Below, piece by piece: positions 57,563-64,000 of a stretch of DNA of 64,000 bases. The translations under genes and the position numbers were made by a program. Numbering within the stretch: position 1 is the stretch's first letter; every line of letters starts with the position of its first letter. Source of the DNA: Prorocentrum cordatum. Its lineage: Eukaryota. The notes below the pieces were generated by a model. That model ran no database searches. It was not told the origin of the DNA and saw only the letters and a program-made list of their open reading frames with translations. The stretch is from NCBI GenBank assembly GCA_963575745.1, contig CAUYUJ010000192.1, positions 310,001 to 374,000 on the forward strand. The letters are read 5' to 3'.

Positions 57563-57924
57563 CGCCATGCGCTGAACAAGGCGCCCTCCCCCATGCTGTT
57601 ATCTTAGCGCTGTGGGCCCCATCCAGCCCGCGCGCTGTCGGTCGATCTCCAAGCGCAAGCGCTCTTCCCCCCCATCCGGACCCCCCCTCTTCCGCTAGTT
57701 CAGCCTACCCACCGCTTTTCATAGCGCATGCGCTTCCACGACCATTTGCAACCTCTGACCCTTGATGCGCCAGCATCAGCACGGGAAACCAAGGGTTCGC
57801 AACTTCGGGCCAAGGGATCCGCAGGAGAAGGAGGAGGATGACTAGGAGGAGGACGAGGAGGATGAGGGTTATTTAGACATAGCGCATGCGCTCGAGCTCA
57901 GGCCGCCCACGCAGCGCTTGCAGC

Positions 57925-58534
57925 TCAATCCGGCTCAATCCGGATGGCTGACTCCGCCTCCGAAGACGTAGAGGTGTTAACAGCGCCCCCGACAGCGGCA
58001 ATCACGCGGTTCGCCTCAAGGAGATCCGACCTCGCCGGCTCGAATACCGACGCTGCCGTCTCCGTCTTCTGACTGCACTCCTGGGCCTGGCGACGGAGGC
58101 CCACGTGATCCTCAGGGCCCCACTCGCGCACGACGCCCTGCATCTTGACCAGGCAGGCACGCACGCGCGGAGCGCAAGTGGCCCGCTGCAATGCCGACGG
58201 CGGTGTTCACCTCGATGCTGTAGTGCAGATAAATGTTCGTCATGAAGGTCATCTCGTCATCGCCAGTGCCGCTCTCAGGGAGCTCGGGCCCGTCGCCGCG
58301 GCTGCGGCTGCGACCCCTGCTGGGGTTGCTCTCCTCGGACCCGCCGCCGCAGCTGCGGCTGCGACTCCTGCTGCCCGCCTTCGGGCTCTCGTTTTTGGCG
58401 GGGGCCGTCATCGCGGAGGCTGCCGAGCCACGGAGGTGGCCAGAACGACACGGTCAGAGCCCAGACGACTACGGTCACTACCCTCGGCGAAGGCCCCCCC
58501 CTCGAGCCCCTGGCGCGCGCGCGTTTCCACGCAT
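57925..58534 (-). pseudogene. Unknown small gene with SR-rich N-terminus and helical C-terminus (frameshifted)
   Basis: ORF pieces 58112-58411 (GSRSRSRS..DDEMTFMTNIYLH) and 57925-58191 join by one frameshift; ATG at 58534; SL-like TATTATGGTTCAAG at 58576-58589. Confidence 0.4.
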
Positions 58535-58749
58535 GGTGAAAAAACGCCCGAGACGCCCGAAAAGGCTTAGCAAAGCTTGAACCATAATACAAACAAGCGA
58601 TGGGACACGGACGATGGGGCCCGCAGCGCGCCAAACAGCGTGTTTATGAACACAGACTTCACCAGCGTGAGCGCTTGTAGGTGAACAGCGCAGAAACAGC
58701 GCCAAGCGCTGGGAGGGGAGCGGTGATCAAAGGAGCGCTTTGCGCTGCG

Positions 58750-61700
58750 TTTGACACATGGGTGGACATACGTACCCATGCAGCGCTTAAGCGCTTGAAC
58801 GTGCTTCCGCTGGCTCGGTCGCAGGTCGCCCAATGTCAAGCCCGCGCAGCTCAGCAATGCCATCCCAGCAGCCTGTTAATACCCGAAGACTGCATCAGCT
58901 TGCCCGACTGCATCAAATGGTCCACTGCTGCAGCTGCCTGAACTGCACGTCCAGGAGGGCCGCGAGCTTCTTTGTCTGGCTACCAAGGCTCACTGCATCC
59001 TCGGGCGGAGCGCCAACCCCACCCCGCCCTGATGCCCCCCACCCCCTCATCCTCTCCTCAAGGGTGTGGTGCGTGTTTTTTTTTTTTTTTGGGGGGGGGT
59101 AAGGGGCGGGGGGGGGGGGGGGGGGGGGGAAAGGGGGGGGGCAGGGGGGAGATTGCACTTGCGCCTAGGTCCGAGAGCTCAGGCACGTCGCCCTTCAGCG
59201 ACATCTTCGCCCTTGACGCCTTGATCAGCATGGCCTCGATCTCGCTCTTCTTGTCTGCAGCTTGACTTACGGGCCACTGAGCCAGCCTCCTGCTCGCAGG
59301 GTTTGCGAGCACATCCTGCAGCGACTTCAGCGCTGGGTCCAATGTGGTGTAGAGTGTATCAGATTCTGTCTTCCGTTTCTGGGGCTCTTTCTCCTCTTGT
59401 TTGGCCTTCTCATTTTTCGCCTTATCCCTGTTGGCCTTATTCTCTGCTTCCTTCTTTGCCTTCTTCGTATTATTTTCCTTCTTCTTGGCCTTCTTACTTT
59501 TCTTGTCCGAATATGATGAGGAAGGGCTCGAGCTCGAATCGCCATCGCTATTCTCTCCCCAGGCTCTTCTGGCGCGTCTGGCTCTTCTGGCTCCAGGCTT
59601 TTCGGGAATATTGGCATGCGGCTTGAACCTCTATGCCCGACCGACAGCTCGCCCCTGGGTGCAAGCCTCCTCCTGCTGCCCTCTCTGCCCGCGCTCGCCT
59701 GCGGTCGTCAGGCGAAGCCCGTGGCAAGGTCCGAGGGCGCCGCGGTGCTGCGTATCAAACTCCCTTGATTCCGCCTGGATGGCATCCGTGTCGCAGCCTC
59801 GCTGCTTCCAATAGCCCATCGGCTGAAACGTGCCACCGTTCTAGAAGTGCTCTCCGGTCACCTCGAACTTAGCGACGCACGCTTGAGCAGCAATTCTCAC
59901 CTCCGCCTGGGTCTTCCCAGCCACGTCTTGGAAAGCTGCGTCGCATGGGGCGAAGTGTCGATGAAGCGCGTCGGGATATTCCCAAAGGCTCGGCTAACCT
60001 TCACTCCTGTGATGTTGCACAGGTTGCATTAGCACGCGCCTTGCGCTTTGCTCCTGACGATGGCCCTGCTGCACTGCGCTCGGGAGCCGCATGTTTGGCA
60101 AAGCGCCGCCGTTGCCTTGATGCGTTCGTCATGCTTTGGTCACATTGAGACATCGATGTTATCATTGCCCTTGCCCTTGCCCTCGGGCGCATCGGGCCCC
60201 GTTGCCGCAAATTTCATTTCTGCATCGGTCGCATCGTTGCCCTTGTCCTTGTTCTTGCCCTTGCCTTTGCCGCCGCGGCCCTTGCCCTTGCCCATGCACT
60301 TGCCCTTGCCGATGTCGCCTGCATCTTGAGGCCCCGCGGGTTCCGCGGGCCTTTCAGACGCGCTGGACTGAGCATCTGCCTCCTCGTTTGATGATGAGCA
60401 GTCCAGCGCGGGGCCGCCAAGGAGCCTCCCTTCCCTCTGTAGCAAGTCGTGGGCGCCCAGCGTGCCCTGCGGGCGCTGCGTCTCCTCGAGCGTTGCGAAG
60501 TTCCCGACCTCCTGGTATTTCTCGATGCTGGGCCCGTGGAACTTGCGAGCGCATCCAAGATAGATGCTCTCGCCGGCGGCGCCCTCGAAGCCCGCCTGGC
60601 AGATGACCCAGATATTGTCTGCAATGGCCAAGAGCGCGCTGCGCTACCCCAGCGCCGCCAGTAGCGGCCGTTGAACCGCAACGGCTGCAGCGAAAGCGCA
60701 ATGCGCCCACCCTCGCTGAGCGCATTGCGCTGCCTCCTAATATACATACAGACTCTGAGAACGCATTGCGCTGCCTTTACAGCGCATTGCGCTGTGTTCT
60801 TACGGGGAACCATACTTCTAGCGACGAGAGCGCCATGTAAGTCGCGCTGCCAACCCGCGCGGACCGTACCTTGAGATCGCCACGGGCTTCCTCTAGGCCA
60901 GTCGAGTGTCCGTCCAGTAGGCCAAGGGCTTCCTCTGGGCAGTAGCCCAAATTTGTGTGACCGAATACTGCGTATCCGAACCGACTGCACCATGCACACG
61001 CATCAGGTTGGCTGGATTGATCGCCGAGCATCGAGAATGCGCTTTAGCCAATGGGCTCGCTGTCGTAGAACAACTTGCACTGGCAACAATCCATGAATAA
61101 ATCGTCATTGAGCTCCGACCGCTTCTTCGGCGACTCCACGGGATCGACTGCTTGCGCATCATGCGCATGTACATGTAGGTATTCGTCGTCGGCTTCCACG
61201 ACTTACCACCTTCTCTCGAAGGCTTCTCGACGAATGAAATGCTGGTCTTGTGGTTGAAATGCACGTGGCCAAGTTTGAACGTCTCCGTTGAAAAGATCCC
61301 CCAATCCTCGGACCCGGAGCAATCGGGGCACGAATCCGAGCGCGGCGCCCACCACTTGCCGTCGGTGTTTCCCGAACCTCCAGCAGCAAAGAGCCCCCCG
61401 CGTTCGACCCCATGCCCCACTGCATGGGCGCAATGCCTAAGGAAAGCAGCTGTGACATCCTGTCGCAGCAGCTGAGTGGGCGCGGCGCTATCCCAAAGCC
61501 GGCAGTAACGGCCGTCGAGGCGAAACGGCTGCAGCGACAGCGTATTGCGCTCACCCTCACTGAGCGCATTGCGCTTTACCTTAGTATTCAGATGCACTCT
61601 TAGTGCGCGTTGCGCTGCCTGTAGAGCGCATTGCGCTGCATTATCATAGAGCGCATTGCGCTGTATTCTCATTGGTTGATTTTCATGCACCACACCTGCA

Positions 61701-61780
61701 TGCTTCGAGAACGGAACCATGCCCGCGGAAACCCTGAAGTAGTTGCTATAGGCGCCCAGGATGATCCCATATGGCGGAGG
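58750..61780 (-). pseudogene. Unknown multi-exon gene with KGKGK and Lys-rich tracts, decayed
   Basis: Coding-like minus-strand pieces at 59150-59342, 59350-59620, 60140-60631 and ~61000-61465, separated by intron-like tracts; no family recognised. Confidence 0.4.
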
Positions 61781-62089
61781 CAGAAAAAAAGCGATGGTTA
61801 GCGACGTTGCGCGACCACCATCACACGTGAAATCGATTGTCCGCGACGCTGCGCGGCCACCATCAGACTGTGAATCGGTGAGGGCAGCAGTGGTGTTATA
61901 GTCATGTCCTTATATCTATGCACGCCATCAGAGAGAAGCGCATTGGCCCGGAGCTCCCCCCCCCCCCCCGCCGTTCTTATTCATTGTCCGTGGGCATCTA
62001 GGCTCGAAGACGCACCATGCGACCCGACGCTCGCCCCCCCCCCCCCCCCCCCGACGCCCGGCCCGGCGCCCAAGCCCAACGGCAGCCCG

Positions 62090-62520
62090 ACCAGCAAGGA
62101 CGCGGGCCTGGACGAGAAGAGGAAGGGCGCCGCCCACCAGAAAACGCTCTACGAGCACAAGCGTTAGAAAACGACTTGCACGGACGATGGCTGGCCAGGG
62201 GCGTTGGTCGCCCTTGAGTGGGGCGCGCGCGACGGCCACGTCGGGGAGACGTGGAGGCGGACGCAGCCGCCCGCGCCAGGGCCAAAGCGCAAGGCGCTCA
62301 AGGAGCAGAACGAGCTGGCAAAGCGGCGGGACACGGCATTCGAGAGGGCGGGAATCCCCGCTATCGGCCCCGAGGGGGGCAGGGCAGCGAGCGGGTCAAG
62401 GGCAAGGGCAAGATCGCGCGCAAGCCAGCCAAGAGCCAGCAGAGCCCGCGCAAGGCCAAAGCTAAGGCCAAGTCCAGAGCCAAGGCCAAGTCCAAGAGCA
62501 AGGTACGCGGCGGCAACTGA
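62090..62520 (+). pseudogene. Decayed terminal exon with a KAKAKAK basic tail
   Basis: KDAGLDEKRKG..LYEHKR*..KRKALKEQNELAKRRD, then frameshift to KGKGK..KAKAKAKSRAKAKSKSK-stop. Confidence 0.35.
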
Positions 62521-63008
62521 GTAGGGAGAGATCATTTGCAATTCAATTTGAACAAGGCGATGACTGTGGGCGGCCAGCATCACGGAAAACCACAAGTTCT
62601 CGAGCGCCTGACCCAGGCGGCGGCGAAGCGGATTTCGCCGGGACCCATGGGGAATGAGTCGGGGCAACTGCCGGTCAGACTGCCCCCCCCGGCGTGCGGA
62701 CTAGGAGCTGAATTAGGGGGCCCTCGCTGCCAGTGCGGCACACCTTGGCCTGGGAAATGCCTTGAGGTTTCCTCGGGGCTCAGTTGGCCGCGATCATTGC
62801 GGCGCGCGTTGCGCAGAAATCGACCGCAGCCGTCGTCATCGTTCGTCGTCGCCGTCGTCGTCACCCAGAAGCGCGCGGCGCTCAGTCTCCTCACCTCCAA
62901 ACGCTTGCCGCTCTCACCCACCCCCCCCGCGCTCTACCTCGCCCAAGCGCGCTGCGCAGCAAAAAAAATGCAATACAAATGGCAGGGGTGGGATGGGCGA
63001 GGGCAGCT

Positions 63009-63509
63009 GCAACCGCCCGGCCGCCCGACCGCCCGACGACATCGCAAGGACACCTCGGCCGCCCCGTAACGCCCCGATAACACCCCGATAACACCCCGCG
63101 CGATCGCCCGATAACACCCCGATAACACTTCGATGGCGACGCGATAACACCCCGAGAACACCCCCGATAACACTCGATAGCAATGTTATCGACATGTTAT
63201 CGAGGTGCTATCGAGGTGCTGTTGAGTGTTATCGATTGTTACCAAGCTCGATATTCTCGATAACATCTCGGTAACGCTGCTACCGAGTGGTATCGAGCTC
63301 GAGAACACTCGGTAGCAGTGTTATCGAAACGCTATCGAGTGCTACCGAAGTGTTATCGAGTGGTATCGAGCTCGGCAACACTCGATAGCACTCGATAACC
63401 CCATCGGTAGCACCTCGATAACAGTTCGATAACATTGCTATCGAGTGGTTATCGGGAGTGTTCTCGGGGTGTTATCGAAGTGCTATCGGGGTGTTATCGG
63501 GCGGTTGCG
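63009..63509. mobile_element. Foldback-like element of CGATAACAC ~11-bp units in alternating orientation
   Basis: Blocks of CGATAACAC and GTGTTATCG alternate; outer inverted repeat GCAACCGCCCG / CGGGCGGTTGC. Confidence 0.6.
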
Positions 63510-64000
63510 CTTTCGTTTGCCTAGCGTCCAAGCTGTCGCTGAGCTGTCGCTGCGCTGCCGCTGCGCTGCCGCAGAAGCGCGCGAGCGCCTGCCGCGCGGC
63601 CGTCGCGCCAGGAGGCCGCTGCTGCGCAGCTGTCGCATCAGAGGCCCCGTGGCGGGCGTCGCATCAGAGGCCTTCCGCAAATCGCCGCATGGTTCGGTTA
63701 ACGACGTCTCTCGAAGCGGCAACGACATCGCACTCGGCCCTGAACGTGTTCGCGGCCCCCTCTGTTGCCATCTGGCAGCGCTGACACGCTTCGGCCGCTC
63801 GGCCCCTGCTTCCGCGCAGCTCAAGCAGCATGTCCATCTCCACCCTGGCCGCGCCCCTCAGCCCCTGAGCACCGATGATGGGTTGCAGCGCTCCGTCATC
63901 TCGGCCGACCTGCAGGCTCGGAGCGGGGGTACTTCTCGTGTCTCGACGTCGACTGGCTACCTCACCGACCGCAGAGGTCAGCCGCTGGATCTGATCGTTC

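Noticed and set aside
1..64000. rRNA, tRNA, SL-RNA gene or telomeric TTTAGGG arrays
   Set aside because: None recognised. The SL matches are followed by UTR and ORF rather than a splice donor and SL-RNA intron.

Overview
GC-rich, repeat-saturated eukaryotic nuclear DNA. Degenerate copies of the dinoflagellate spliced leader (DCCGTAGCCATTTTGGCTCAAG) and GC-AG introns point to a dinoflagellate; a Prorocentrum-type genome is my inference from GC content and repeat style. Most ORFs in the track are artefacts of low-complexity or tandem-repeat DNA. The supportable content is as follows. (1) A decayed 7.6-kb LTR retrotransposon on the minus strand (9524-17122) with paired LTRs, PBS, PPT, gag, protease, integrase and RT/RNaseH remnants in copia order, plus a C5-cytosine-methyltransferase-like domain between protease and integrase. 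(2) An intact, intronless gene for a Cys-rich type I membrane protein (41887-42600, minus), preceded by 2-3 stacked relic spliced leaders, i.e. a retrogene. (3) A decayed CACTA/Plavaka-like DDE transposase (54781-57562) with its own relic spliced leader and GC-AG introns, inside a ~7.6-kb region marked by an AGCGC-N2-3-GCGCT palindrome that also holds two unknown minus-strand genes. (4) Three sequence-unrelated families of non-autonomous Helentron/DINE-1-like elements, one with its empty site visible in a local duplication, and two canonical Helitron 3' ends. (5) Many MITEs, including five families with T-leading termini (TYGG..CCRA-like) and exact 5-bp TSDs. (6) LINE fragments and satellites. 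All calls were made by eye; no database search was run.
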